IMG/VR virus record: IMGVR_UViG_3300032296_003307
Span: 62,001-126,000 of that record
Reading direction: 5' to 3' (one strand)
Length of the DNA: 64,000 nucleotides
Position numbers and translations under genes: made by a program
Shown: positions 28,871 to 38,483 of the stretch, in pieces
How positions within the stretch are numbered: the stretch's first letter is position 1
How the letters are laid out: each line of letters begins with the position of its first letter
The notes under the pieces: generated by a model
The model's input: only the letters and a program-made list of their open reading frames with translations
What the model was told of the DNA's origin: nothing
Database searches by the model: none

Positions 28871-29827
28871 TTGCCAAAAAAGAAGAAAATACCTTCCATA
28901 GTAAAACAAATTCAAAAACACACTCTTAAGGAAATCAATTATTCTACGGAAAAACAGATTTCCTATAGCCAGGTGTCTATGTTTTTGAATTGTCCTCGTA
29001 AATGGTCTTTACAGTATAGAGACGGTTATTATCAATCCGAATCCTCTATTCATATGACATTCGGAACTGCTTTACACGAGGCATTACAACACTATATAAC
29101 AACTATATACGAAGTTAGTGGTGCGGAAGCCGACCGAATTAATTTAGAGGAATACTTTGAAGAACGTTTTAGAGAAACTTACCAAAAAGACTACAAATCA
29201 AACAAAAAAGTCCATTTTTCTGATCCTGTTGAAATGAGAGAATTTTATGAAGACGGATTAGAAATTTTAAACTTTGTTAAGAAAAAAAGAGGTGGTTATT
29301 TTGGTAAGCGAGGTTGGTATTTAGTAGGTTGTGAAGTTCCTTTATTATTGAACCCACATCCTGAATACAAGAATATTTTGTATAAGGGTTATTTGGATGT
29401 TGTTTTATATCACGAACCAACCAACACTTTTAAAATTTTAGATATTAAAACCTCTAGAAGTGGATGGGATGACAAAACAAAAAAAGACGAAACAAAACAG
29501 CTCCAATTAATCCTTTACAAAAAATTCTACAGCCAACAATTTGGAGTTCCTGAAGACAATATTAGTGTTGAATTCTTTATTGTTAAAAGAAAAGTATGGG
29601 AAGAATCCCCATTCCCAATCTCAAGGATACAAGAATACAAACCAGCAAGTGGTAAGGTTAAAATGAATAAGGCAACTAATACAATCAATTCATTTATTGA
29701 AGAGGTGTTTAATTATGATGGTTCACACAAAAATAAAATATTTGAACCAAACCCTTCATCCCACAATTGTCGTTTCTGTCCTTTTAAAAATAATAAGGAG
29801 CTTTGTCCATTAGGTGTATCTTCATAG
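28871..29827 (+). CDS. Cas4/RecB-like PD-(D/E)xK nuclease
   Basis: SYSQ...NCPRK, FGTALHE, GYLD...ILDIKT, QLILY, C-terminal CRFCPF...CP; TTG start. Confidence 0.82.
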   Translation: MPKKKKIPSIVKQIQKHTLKEINYSTEKQISYSQVSMFLNCPRKWSLQYRDGYYQSESSIHMTFGTALHEALQHYITTIYEVSGAEADRINLEEYFEERFRETYQKDYKSNKKVHFSDPVEMREFYEDGLEILNFVKKKRGGYFGKRGWYLVGCEVPLLLNPHPEYKNILYKGYLDVVLYHEPTNTFKILDIKTSRSGWDDKTKKDETKQLQLILYKKFYSQQFGVPEDNISVEFFIVKRKVWEESPFPISRIQEYKPASGKVKMNKATNTINSFIEEVFNYDGSHKNKIFEPNPSSHNCRFCPFKNNKELCPLGVSS

Positions 29828-29865
29828 ATCCCAATATATTTATATACAACAAATAAATAAAGATT

Positions 29866-30066
29866 ATGACAAATAAAAAAGAAATGACATTAACCTCTGT
29901 AAAAGTACAGAGTGGATTGTTTGAAGAATTTAAAGTTGCTACAGTTCGTTACAAGTTTTCTCTTCAAAAATTGACCGAAAGATCTATTCACCTTTATCTC
30001 ACAGATGATGATTTTAGAAAAAAATTACATTCACACACAAACACAGAGTTTGAACAAAACGACTAA
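29866..30066 (+). CDS. Small putative ribbon-helix-helix DNA-binding protein
   Basis: TLTSVKV strand followed by two helices; late promoter upstream. Confidence 0.45.
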   Translation: MTNKKEMTLTSVKVQSGLFEEFKVATVRYKFSLQKLTERSIHLYLTDDDFRKKLHSHTNTEFEQND

Positions 30067-30110
30067 TTAAATTTGGTTTTTACAAGAAAAAAAGTTATAT
30101 TAAAACATAT

Positions 30111-31547
30111 ATGAATTCAAGTTTTGCTTATTTGCCTCCTGACAAAAGGAAAAAGATTATGCTTATTTGTGATGATATTCGAGTTCACTCGGGTATAGCA
30201 ACAGTAGGCAGAGAAGTAGTTATTCACACAGCCCAACATTTTAATTGGGTTAACATTGGAGGAGCCATTAACCATCCTGAAATGGGAAAACGTTTGGATC
30301 TTTCTCAATCAACAAACGATACAACTGGATTGAAAGATTCATCTGTAATAATGTATCCTGTTCATGATTATGGAAACCCTGATCTTTTAAGACAACTAAT
30401 TCAGATTGAAAAACCTGATGCAATAATGTTGATTACTGATCCTCGTTATTTTGTTTGGTTGTTTTCAATGGAAAATGAAATTAGAAAACACATTCCAATT
30501 GCTTACCTTAATATTTGGGATGATTATCCTGCTCCTCACTACAATAAAGCTTTTTATGAGGCATGTGATTTGTTGATGGGAATTTCAAAACAAACAGTAA
30601 ATATCAATAAATTGGTTTTGAGAGAAAAAGCAGCCAATAAAATCATTAAGTATGTTCCTCATGGTTTGAACCACGAAATTTTTAAACCAATTGACAAAAA
30701 CGATTCTAAATTAAAAGAATTTAAGAAAACCTTATTCAAAGGTAAAGAATATGATTTTGCTCTGTTGTTTAACTCTAGAAACATTAGAAGAAAACAAATT
30801 CCAGATACCATTTTATCTTACAAATACTTTATTGATTCTCTTCCAGTTGAAAAAGCTAAAAAATGTGCTTTAGTTCTTCATACAGAACGTGTAAGTGATC
30901 ATGGTACTGATTTGGATGCTGTTATTGAATTGCTTTGTAATGATGAAAAATATAATATTATCTTTACAGATGCAAAATACGATCCAATATCAATGAATTT
31001 GCTTTACAATAGTACTGATTGTCAAATCCTTTTGACCTCAAACGAAGGTTGGGGATTGAGTTTGACAGAAGCTATTTTGTGTGGTAATCCTATTATTGCA
31101 AATACAACAGGTGGTATGCAAGACCAAATGAGATTTGAAGATGAAAATGGAAATTGGTTTACACCATCATCAAAAATCCCTTCTAACCATAGAGGTACTT
31201 ACAAAAAACATGGTGAATGGGCATTTCCAGTTTATCCCGTAACACGTACTCTTGTAGGTTCACCTCCCACTCCTTACATTTGGGACGACCTTTGTAAAGC
31301 AGAAGATGCAGCTCAACGTATTATGGAAGTTTATAATTTAACCCCTGAAGAACGTAAAGCTAGAGGTTTAAAAGGTAGAGAATGGGCAATTGGAGAAGAA
31401 GCAGGTTTTACAGGAGAAACTCAAGGTAAAAGAGTAATAGATGCTTTTGATGAATTGTTTACCACCTGGAAGCCAAGAGAAAAATATGAATTGATAAATG
31501 CAAATCAAGTAGAAGATAGAACCTTAAACCACGAATTATTATATTAA
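30111..31547 (+). CDS. Glycosyltransferase (GT-B, GT4-like)
   Basis: HSGIATVGRE, NSRNIRRK, NEGWGLSLTEA. Confidence 0.85.
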   Translation: MNSSFAYLPPDKRKKIMLICDDIRVHSGIATVGREVVIHTAQHFNWVNIGGAINHPEMGKRLDLSQSTNDTTGLKDSSVIMYPVHDYGNPDLLRQLIQIEKPDAIMLITDPRYFVWLFSMENEIRKHIPIAYLNIWDDYPAPHYNKAFYEACDLLMGISKQTVNINKLVLREKAANKIIKYVPHGLNHEIFKPIDKNDSKLKEFKKTLFKGKEYDFALLFNSRNIRRKQIPDTILSYKYFIDSLPVEKAKKCALVLHTERVSDHGTDLDAVIELLCNDEKYNIIFTDAKYDPISMNLLYNSTDCQILLTSNEGWGLSLTEAILCGNPIIANTTGGMQDQMRFEDENGNWFTPSSKIPSNHRGTYKKHGEWAFPVYPVTRTLVGSPPTPYIWDDLCKAEDAAQRIMEVYNLTPEERKARGLKGREWAIGEEAGFTGETQGKRVIDAFDELFTTWKPREKYELINANQVEDRTLNHELLY

Positions 31548-31558
31548 AATGAAATCCT

Positions 31559-31600
31559 TTTGACACTCATACATATTTATAACAAAATGAGTGTCAAATG
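31559..31600 (+). promoter_or_regulatory. Perfect 12-bp hairpin over the HNH start region with the late promoter in the loop
   Basis: TTTGACACTCAT (31559-31570) pairs with ATGAGTGTCAAA (31587-31598); TATTTATA at 31574-31581; ATG at 31598. Confidence 0.82.
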
Positions 31601-32251
31601 GATTATCAAAAAATATACCACCAAATAGTAGAAAGAGCAAAAAACAGAGTGTTAGAAGGTTATAAAGAAAAACATCATATTATTCCTAAATGTTTAGGTG
31701 GTAGTAATGATAAAAATAACTTAGTGGAACTAACAGCTAGAGAACATTTTTTATGTCATATGTTACTTTGTGAAATATATCCTAACGAAAATAAATTAAG
31801 ACATGCTTTATTTTTAATGGCTATAGGAAAGAAAAAAATTAAAGAAAAAACATATGTTATAAGTTCAAGAGTATATGAAAGATTAAAATGTGAATATTCT
31901 CAAATGTTAACTGGTAAAAAACAATCTGAAGAAACAAGAAATAAGAAATCCAAATCCATGATAGGTCATTCTATGTATACTGAAGAATGGAAACAAAAAA
32001 TAAGTAAATCTAATACTGGAAGAGAAATAACATGGGGTGATAAAATATCTTCTTCTTTAAAAGGAAGAAAAATTGATTGGGATAGAGGAATAAATAAAAC
32101 TATCATACAGTATGATTTAGAAGGTAATTTTATTAAAGAATATTCCTCAATAAATGAAGCTAAAAGACAAATCAAAGGAGATATAGGAGCCATGCTTTCA
32201 GGAAGACAAAAAACTGCTGGTGGTTATATTTGGAAATTTAAAGAAAATTAA
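31598..32251 (+). CDS. HNH homing endonuclease with NUMOD3/NUMOD1-type DNA-binding modules
   Basis: EKHHIIPKCLGGSNDKNNLVELTAREHFLCH, KKQSEETRNK, IIQYDLEGNFIKEYSSINEA...GGYIWKF. Confidence 0.9.
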   Translation: MDYQKIYHQIVERAKNRVLEGYKEKHHIIPKCLGGSNDKNNLVELTAREHFLCHMLLCEIYPNENKLRHALFLMAIGKKKIKEKTYVISSRVYERLKCEYSQMLTGKKQSEETRNKKSKSMIGHSMYTEEWKQKISKSNTGREITWGDKISSSLKGRKIDWDRGINKTIIQYDLEGNFIKEYSSINEAKRQIKGDIGAMLSGRQKTAGGYIWKFKEN

Positions 32252-32274
32252 TTATATTATTTAAAATAAAAAAC

Positions 32275-33570
32275 ATGAATAAGCCGTTATTTGTAATAAG
32301 TTGTGCCTATGATACCTATAGTGGGTATGGGGCTAGAAGTCGCGATTTGGTTAAAGCCATTATTGAAACAGACAAATATGAAGTTAAATTGATGTCTCAA
32401 AGATGGGGAAATACACCTTTTGGATTCTGCAAAGACAATCCCGAATGGACATTCTTATCAAGCCATAACCTACCTAACAATCAGTTGACTCAACAACCTG
32501 ATATTTGGATGCAGATTACTGTTCCAAATGAATTCCAACCAGTAGGAAAATTTAGTATTGGTTGTACAGCAGGTATTGAAAGTACAGTTGCTCCTGGTGA
32601 TTGGATTGAAGGAATAAATAGAATGAATCTGACTTTAGTTTCGTCTGAATTTTCTAAAAAAGTGTTATTGGATTCCAAGTTTGAAAAAAGAAACAAACAA
32701 ACCAATGCTTTAGAAGCTCATGTTCAAGTTGAAAAGCCTCTTGAAGTATTGTTTGAAGGAGCCAACACAAACATCTATAAACAAACAGATGAACCTTGTT
32801 TAATTGATTTCAATATTCCAGAATCATTTGCTTACTTGTTTGTAGGCCACTGGATGGAAGGTGATTTGGGAGAAGATAGAAAAAATGTAGGATTATTAGT
32901 TAAAGCATTCTATGAAACATTTAAAAACAAACCTAAAAAACCAGCTTTGATTTTGAAAGCAGCTCAAGTAGGTGCCTCTTATGTTGATAGAGAAAGTATT
33001 TTAAATAAAATTAAACAAGTTCGTAAAACAGTAAATTCAAAAGATCTACCAAATATTTACCTTTTACATGGTGAATTTTCAGATGAGGAAATGAACTCTC
33101 TTTATAACCATTCTAAAGTAAAAGCAATGGTTAGTTTGACTAAAGGAGAAGGATATGGTCGTCCATTACTTGAATTCACTTTAGTTAAAAAACCTTTAAT
33201 ATGTTCAGGTTGGTCAGGACAAATGGACTTTTTAAATCCTGAATTTACTAATTTGTTAGGAGGTACTTTAACTCCTGTTCACCCAAGTACTAAAAATCAG
33301 TTCTTGATTGAAGGTTCTCAATGGTTCTCTCCTGATCATGGTCAAATAGGTTTTTATTTGAAAGATGTTTTTGAAAACTATAAAAACTATACTGAAAAAG
33401 CAAAACGCCAAGCCTACAAATCAAAAACAGAATTTAACTGGGATAAAATGAAGGAAAAAGTAGATGAATTATTTACTCAATACATTCCTGAGTTCCCAAA
33501 ACAAGTTCCTTTAGCACTTCCAAAATTAAAGAAAATAGAGTTACCCTCTTTGAAAAAAATTGAATCCTAA
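32275..33570 (+). CDS. Glycosyltransferase (GT-B, GT4-like)
   Basis: SGYGARSRD, FVGHW...DRKN, KGEGYGRPLLE. Confidence 0.85.
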   Translation: MNKPLFVISCAYDTYSGYGARSRDLVKAIIETDKYEVKLMSQRWGNTPFGFCKDNPEWTFLSSHNLPNNQLTQQPDIWMQITVPNEFQPVGKFSIGCTAGIESTVAPGDWIEGINRMNLTLVSSEFSKKVLLDSKFEKRNKQTNALEAHVQVEKPLEVLFEGANTNIYKQTDEPCLIDFNIPESFAYLFVGHWMEGDLGEDRKNVGLLVKAFYETFKNKPKKPALILKAAQVGASYVDRESILNKIKQVRKTVNSKDLPNIYLLHGEFSDEEMNSLYNHSKVKAMVSLTKGEGYGRPLLEFTLVKKPLICSGWSGQMDFLNPEFTNLLGGTLTPVHPSTKNQFLIEGSQWFSPDHGQIGFYLKDVFENYKNYTEKAKRQAYKSKTEFNWDKMKEKVDELFTQYIPEFPKQVPLALPKLKKIELPSLKKIES

Positions 33571-33620
33571 TAAAAGGGGTATATTTGGAAATATAAAAAT
33601 AATTAATTACATTTAATAAT

Positions 33621-34082
33621 ATGAATTTTGATGAATTAACAATATGTCCTCGATGTGGAGGAGATGCCAATTATGTAGATGAAGTAAATGAAAGCATATC
33701 TACTCAGTTTTGCTTTTCATGTGGTTTTCAAACCAACTCATTAATGAAAGAAGGTGAAACCTTTTATGAAGAACAAATTTCAATTTTACCTGAGCTTTAT
33801 AAAGATTTGCTTTACAAAGATGAAAATGAAAATGTTTGGATGCCAACTACAGTAAATGTTCCTACTCAAGGAATGATATTTGCAAATGGTCCTTCTAAAG
33901 AACAATGGAAATGGGCAGCTGTAAAAGCAATTCAAGTAACAGAAGAAGAAAAAACTAAATACCCTATCCCAGGAAAACAAGGACAATACTATGAATGGAG
34001 AATGGATATGACAACTTTGAAAGAATATCATGAGCGTGAGTTTATGGATTGTTTAAGCTATATTGGAGTACTTCCAGAATGA
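33621..34082 (+). CDS. Hypothetical protein with zinc ribbon
   Basis: CPRCG...CFSCG. Confidence 0.65.
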   Translation: MNFDELTICPRCGGDANYVDEVNESISTQFCFSCGFQTNSLMKEGETFYEEQISILPELYKDLLYKDENENVWMPTTVNVPTQGMIFANGPSKEQWKWAAVKAIQVTEEEKTKYPIPGKQGQYYEWRMDMTTLKEYHEREFMDCLSYIGVLPE

Positions 34083-34687
34083 TTAGCTTGGCTATAACTG
34101 TATGTAATGAAGCTCATGAGCTAGAAACACTACTAACTTATTTAGAAGATAGAGCTTTATCTCATGAATATGAAATAGTAATTCAAATTGATAAAGACAA
34201 TCACACCGATGAAGTATTGAGTGTTATTGTCAACAGAGGAATAAAACATTGGTTTTATCCTTTAAATAAAGACTTTGCTGGTTACAAAAATGAATTAGCA
34301 AAACACTGTTCAGGAGAATATATCTTCCAAATCGATGCTGATGAAATTCCAGCAATAGAATTACTTGATATACTTCCAGGCATATTAGAAAGTAATCCTG
34401 AGGTGGATGTATACTTAGTTCCTCGGATTAATACCGTAAGTGGTATCACCGAGGAACATATCCTGAAATGGGGTTGGAAATATGAAAATGAAAGAGTAAA
34501 TTTTCCTGATTATCAGTGGAGAATTTATAGAAACTCTCCTTCAATAAAATGGATAAATAAAGTTCACGAGCGTTTGGAAGGTTATAAACTATTTAGTACA
34601 TTACCTCCACAGGATGAATTCTGTTTATTACATCCAAAAACAATAGAAAGACAAGAAAAACAAAACCAGTTTTATAATACATTGTGA
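34079..34687 (+). CDS. Glycosyltransferase family 2
   Basis: ISLAITVCNE, YIFQIDADE, FPDYQWR, VHE. Confidence 0.82.
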   Translation: MISLAITVCNEAHELETLLTYLEDRALSHEYEIVIQIDKDNHTDEVLSVIVNRGIKHWFYPLNKDFAGYKNELAKHCSGEYIFQIDADEIPAIELLDILPGILESNPEVDVYLVPRINTVSGITEEHILKWGWKYENERVNFPDYQWRIYRNSPSIKWINKVHERLEGYKLFSTLPPQDEFCLLHPKTIERQEKQNQFYNTL

Positions 34688-35496
34688 AAATAAAAGCAGC
34701 TCATTTTGATAAAAATGTATTTGAAGATAAATTAAAACATTTGTCTCATTTAGATTTTTCTCTATTTATTGATACTCCCCCTCAATCCCAAGATGAATTA
34801 TCTCCAATAAACATCATCTCGTTCCAGGAACCAAATGAATATTTTGGTCTTCATGATTGGACTATTCAAAATAAAGACCTATTTCAAATTATTTTAACTC
34901 AAAGTGATAAAGTATTAAATAATTGTGATAATGCTGTTTATCAACCTTTTGGACATACTTGGTTACAACCAAATCAATATGAAAAAAAACATAAAAAAGA
35001 ATTTAAAATAGCTCATCTTCAAGGTAAGTTACTTAAAACATATGGTCATTCTTTAAGACATGAAGTAACAGCTAGAAAAAATGAATTTAATATTCCTACT
35101 AAGTTTTATGAAACATATGGAGACAGAAATAATATTGAAGATGCTCGTTTAGGCAAAGAATTTATTTTTGGGGGTTCTCAATTTGGAGTGGTAATTGAAA
35201 ATACTTCCCATAGAGGTTATTTTACTGAAAAAATATTAGATTGTTTATTATTGAAAACAATTCCTTTATATTGGGGTTGCTCAAATATAGGTGATTATTT
35301 TGATATAGACGGTATTATACCGTTTAATAATGTAGATGATTTAATTTACATATCAAATAATTTAACTGAGGAATTTTATGAATCTAAAAAAGAAATAATT
35401 AATAAAAATTGGAAATTGGCTTTAAATTACGTAAATTATGAACAAAATATAGTTAACACAATTACAAACATTTTTAAACACAATAATATTATATGA
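34684..35496 (+). CDS. GT10 (fucosyltransferase)-like glycosyltransferase
   Basis: FGVVIEN...YFTEKILD...TIPLYWG. Confidence 0.7.
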   Translation: MKIKAAHFDKNVFEDKLKHLSHLDFSLFIDTPPQSQDELSPINIISFQEPNEYFGLHDWTIQNKDLFQIILTQSDKVLNNCDNAVYQPFGHTWLQPNQYEKKHKKEFKIAHLQGKLLKTYGHSLRHEVTARKNEFNIPTKFYETYGDRNNIEDARLGKEFIFGGSQFGVVIENTSHRGYFTEKILDCLLLKTIPLYWGCSNIGDYFDIDGIIPFNNVDDLIYISNNLTEEFYESKKEIINKNWKLALNYVNYEQNIVNTITNIFKHNNII

Positions 35497-36635
35497 AAAA
35501 AATATGGTATGCTCCTTATAAATTTGAATCTTATGGGGAAGAAGAAATTAAAGCAGTAGAAGAATCACTCCGTTCAGGATGGTTAGGTGGACAAGGTCCA
35601 AAATCTGTTGAGTTTGAAGAAAAAATAGCAAAACGTTTTGGAAAAAAATACGGTGTATTTGTTAATTCAGGCTCTTCGGCTTGTTTACTTGCATTAGCTA
35701 GTTTACAATTACCAAAAGGTACTAAAGTAATTACTCCTGCTTGTACGTTTTCCACAACATTAGCACCTATTATTCAACTAGGACTTATTCCGGTATTTGT
35801 AGATGTAGGGTTAAATGATTATGTAGCAGATATTGAACAAGTGATAGAGGCTGTTACTCCTGAAGTAAAAATAATTATGTTACCTAATTTAATTGGTAAT
35901 AAACCAGATTGGAAAAAATTAAAAAATGATTTAAAATATTTAGGTAGAAAAGATATAATATTAATTGAAGACTCAGCAGATACTGTAACCTATACTCCTG
36001 AATCCGATATTGCTACAACTAGTTTCTATGCTTCACATGTTATCACAGCTGGTGGTTCAGGTGGGATGGTAATGTTTAATGATAAAAAATTAGTAAATGT
36101 TTGTTTACAATTTAGAGATTGGGGTAGATTAGGAGGTGATTCTGAAATTATGTCTGAACGTTTTAATCATATGGTAGATGGTATTCCTTATGACCATAAA
36201 TTCTTGTATAGTGTCTTAGGATATAATTTTAAATCATCTGAAATGAATGCTGCTTTTGGTTTAGTTCAATTAGAACGTTTTAAAACATTCGAACAAATTA
36301 GAAGAGCAAATGTTGAGCGTTATATTGAAAATCTTAAAGATGTAGAAGAAATTTTGTTACCTGATGATTCAATTAAACCAAATTGGTTAGCTATTCCTTT
36401 GCAAACTGAAAGACGTTTTGAACTACTTAACTTCCTTGAAGATAATAACATCCAAACCAGAGTAACCTTTGCTGGAAATGTAACACGTCACCCTGTTTAT
36501 AGAGAATATCTACAAGAATTTACTAATTCAGATACTATTATGAAAAACGGATTCTTGTTAGGTGCTCATCATGGAATGACTATCGAGGATGTAGATTATG
36601 TTTGTGATAAAATCAAAGAATTCTTTAAAAAATGA
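35493..36635 (+). CDS. PLP/PMP-dependent NDP-4-keto-6-deoxysugar 3-dehydratase (DdhC/RfbH/ColD-like)
   Basis: VNSGSSA, IEDSAD, SFYASH (His in place of the Schiff-base Lys), FRDWGR, YDHKF...GYN. Confidence 0.8.
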   Translation: MKKIWYAPYKFESYGEEEIKAVEESLRSGWLGGQGPKSVEFEEKIAKRFGKKYGVFVNSGSSACLLALASLQLPKGTKVITPACTFSTTLAPIIQLGLIPVFVDVGLNDYVADIEQVIEAVTPEVKIIMLPNLIGNKPDWKKLKNDLKYLGRKDIILIEDSADTVTYTPESDIATTSFYASHVITAGGSGGMVMFNDKKLVNVCLQFRDWGRLGGDSEIMSERFNHMVDGIPYDHKFLYSVLGYNFKSSEMNAAFGLVQLERFKTFEQIRRANVERYIENLKDVEEILLPDDSIKPNWLAIPLQTERRFELLNFLEDNNIQTRVTFAGNVTRHPVYREYLQEFTNSDTIMKNGFLLGAHHGMTIEDVDYVCDKIKEFFKK

Positions 36636-37240
36636 TAGATTTAAAAAAACGTATATTAGAAATAGCCTATAAAAATAAATTAAGTCACTTGGGTTCATAT
36701 CTCTCTAGTTTAGAAATAATAGAAGAAATATACAAAAAGAAAAACCCAGAAGACATATTTATCTTATCTTCAGGACATGCTGCTTTAGCTTTATATGTTG
36801 TTTTAGAAGCATATGAAGGTAGAAATGCTGAAGAATTATTTAAAAAACATGGTGGTCATCCTCATAGAGATGAAAAAAACGGATTGTATTGCTCCACAGG
36901 AAGCTTAGGTTTGGGGATAACAATAGCAGTAGGTAGAGCATTAGCTAATCCGAAACGTAAAGTTTATGTTTTGATTAGTGATGGTGAAGCTGCTGAAGGT
37001 TCCATTTGGGAATCTTTAAGATTTATTTATGAACAAAATATAAAAAATATAGAAGTATATGCTAATATAAATGGTTATGCTGCTTATGATAAAATAGATG
37101 TTGAATATTTAAGTAAAAGATTATTATCTTTTTTACCTAACATAAATCTACGTTATACATCAGTAAACCAATATCCCTTTTTAAAAGGTATAAATGCTCA
37201 TTACCATGTAATGTCAGAGGAGGACTATAAATTAATATGA
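36632..37240 (+). CDS. Transketolase-like N-terminal (TPP-binding) subunit
   Basis: SHLGS, LSSGHA, STGSLGLG, SDGEAAEGSIWE. Confidence 0.85.
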   Translation: MIDLKKRILEIAYKNKLSHLGSYLSSLEIIEEIYKKKNPEDIFILSSGHAALALYVVLEAYEGRNAEELFKKHGGHPHRDEKNGLYCSTGSLGLGITIAVGRALANPKRKVYVLISDGEAAEGSIWESLRFIYEQNIKNIEVYANINGYAAYDKIDVEYLSKRLLSFLPNINLRYTSVNQYPFLKGINAHYHVMSEEDYKLI

Positions 37241-37707
37241 GAAAAGAATTCGCTTCAATACTCCATTCAGAAATGTCTCAAAATGAAAATATTATTTTGT
37301 TAACTGGAGACTTAGGGTATGGAATGTGGGATAAAATTAAAATAGATTATCCTGATAGGTTTTATAATACTTTATCAGCTGAACAATTAATGATGGGGGC
37401 AGCCATAGGAATGGCTATGGAAGGTAAAATTCCTATAGTTTATTCAATAACTCCTTTTGCTATTTATAGACCATTTGAATTAATAAGAAATTATTTGAAC
37501 CATGAAAATATACCTGTAAAAATAGTAGGTGGAGGTAGAGATAAAGAATATGGATACTTAGGTTTTTCACACTGGGCTGAAGAAGATATTGATGTTTTGT
37601 CAAATTTTAAAAATTTGGCCTTATTTAAACCAAAAGAATTCTCTGATAAAATATTTAGTGATTTTTTATATAACCAGAAACCATCTTATTTAAATTTGTC
37701 TCGATGA
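37237..37707 (+). CDS. Transketolase-like pyrimidine-binding subunit, short
   Basis: LTGDLG, AEQLMMGAAIGMA, RPFELIR, GFSHWAEED. Confidence 0.82.
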   Translation: MRKEFASILHSEMSQNENIILLTGDLGYGMWDKIKIDYPDRFYNTLSAEQLMMGAAIGMAMEGKIPIVYSITPFAIYRPFELIRNYLNHENIPVKIVGGGRDKEYGYLGFSHWAEEDIDVLSNFKNLALFKPKEFSDKIFSDFLYNQKPSYLNLSR

Positions 37708-38483
37708 AAATATTAATCACAGGGGGTAATGGATATATAGGTAAGTCATTATATAATGCTTTAAAAGATAAATATGATGTTACTTCTGTAAGTCGAAAAG
37801 ATTTTGATTTAACTGCTTTTGAAGCAATGAATAAATTTTTTCAAGGAAAATATTTTAATGTAGTTATTCATTGTGCTGTTGTAGGAGGTAGTAGATTAAA
37901 AACAGATTCACATAAAGATATGGATGTGAATTTAGTTATGTATTATAATCTCCTTCAACATAAACCCCATTTTAACAAATTAATACATTTTGGTTCAGGA
38001 GCAGAAATACATAATCCTGAATCCCCCTATGGTTTAAGTAAAAAAGTTATATCCAATTCAATATCTGAAATAGATAATTTTTATAATATAAGAATATATG
38101 GGGTATTTGATGAAAATGAATTAGACACTAGATTTATTAAAACTTGTATTAAGAAATACATTAATAAAGAACCAATGTTAGTTCAAGATAAGAAAATGTC
38201 CTTTTTTTACATGAAGGATTTAATAACATTAGTAGATTATTATATCCAATCTTCCCCAAGTACATTATTAAAGGAAAGCAATTGTGCCTATATCAATTCA
38301 ACATCTTTATTAGATATAGCTAATATTATAAATGAATTAGAAGATTATAAAGTTCCTATTTACTTGGATACACAAGTAGGTAAAGATTATGAATCAAAGT
38401 ATAATGCTCCTTACGGATTAAAATACATAGGACTAAAACAAGGTATTATAGAAACATATAATAAATTAAAAAATGAATATTAA
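37704..38483 (+). CDS. NAD-dependent epimerase/dehydratase
   Basis: ITGGNGYIG, YGLSK. Confidence 0.85.
   Translation: MKILITGGNGYIGKSLYNALKDKYDVTSVSRKDFDLTAFEAMNKFFQGKYFNVVIHCAVVGGSRLKTDSHKDMDVNLVMYYNLLQHKPHFNKLIHFGSGAEIHNPESPYGLSKKVISNSISEIDNFYNIRIYGVFDENELDTRFIKTCIKKYINKEPMLVQDKKMSFFYMKDLITLVDYYIQSSPSTLLKESNCAYINSTSLLDIANIINELEDYKVPIYLDTQVGKDYESKYNAPYGLKYIGLKQGIIETYNKLKNEY

Noticed and set aside
28871-30110. Possible CRISPR array near the Cas4-like gene
   Set aside because: No regularly spaced repeat-spacer units seen here or elsewhere in the window
31549-31563. ATGAAATCCTTTTGA (MKSF*) as a 5' stub of the downstream glycosyltransferase
   Set aside because: Too short and too dissimilar to MNKPLF to support
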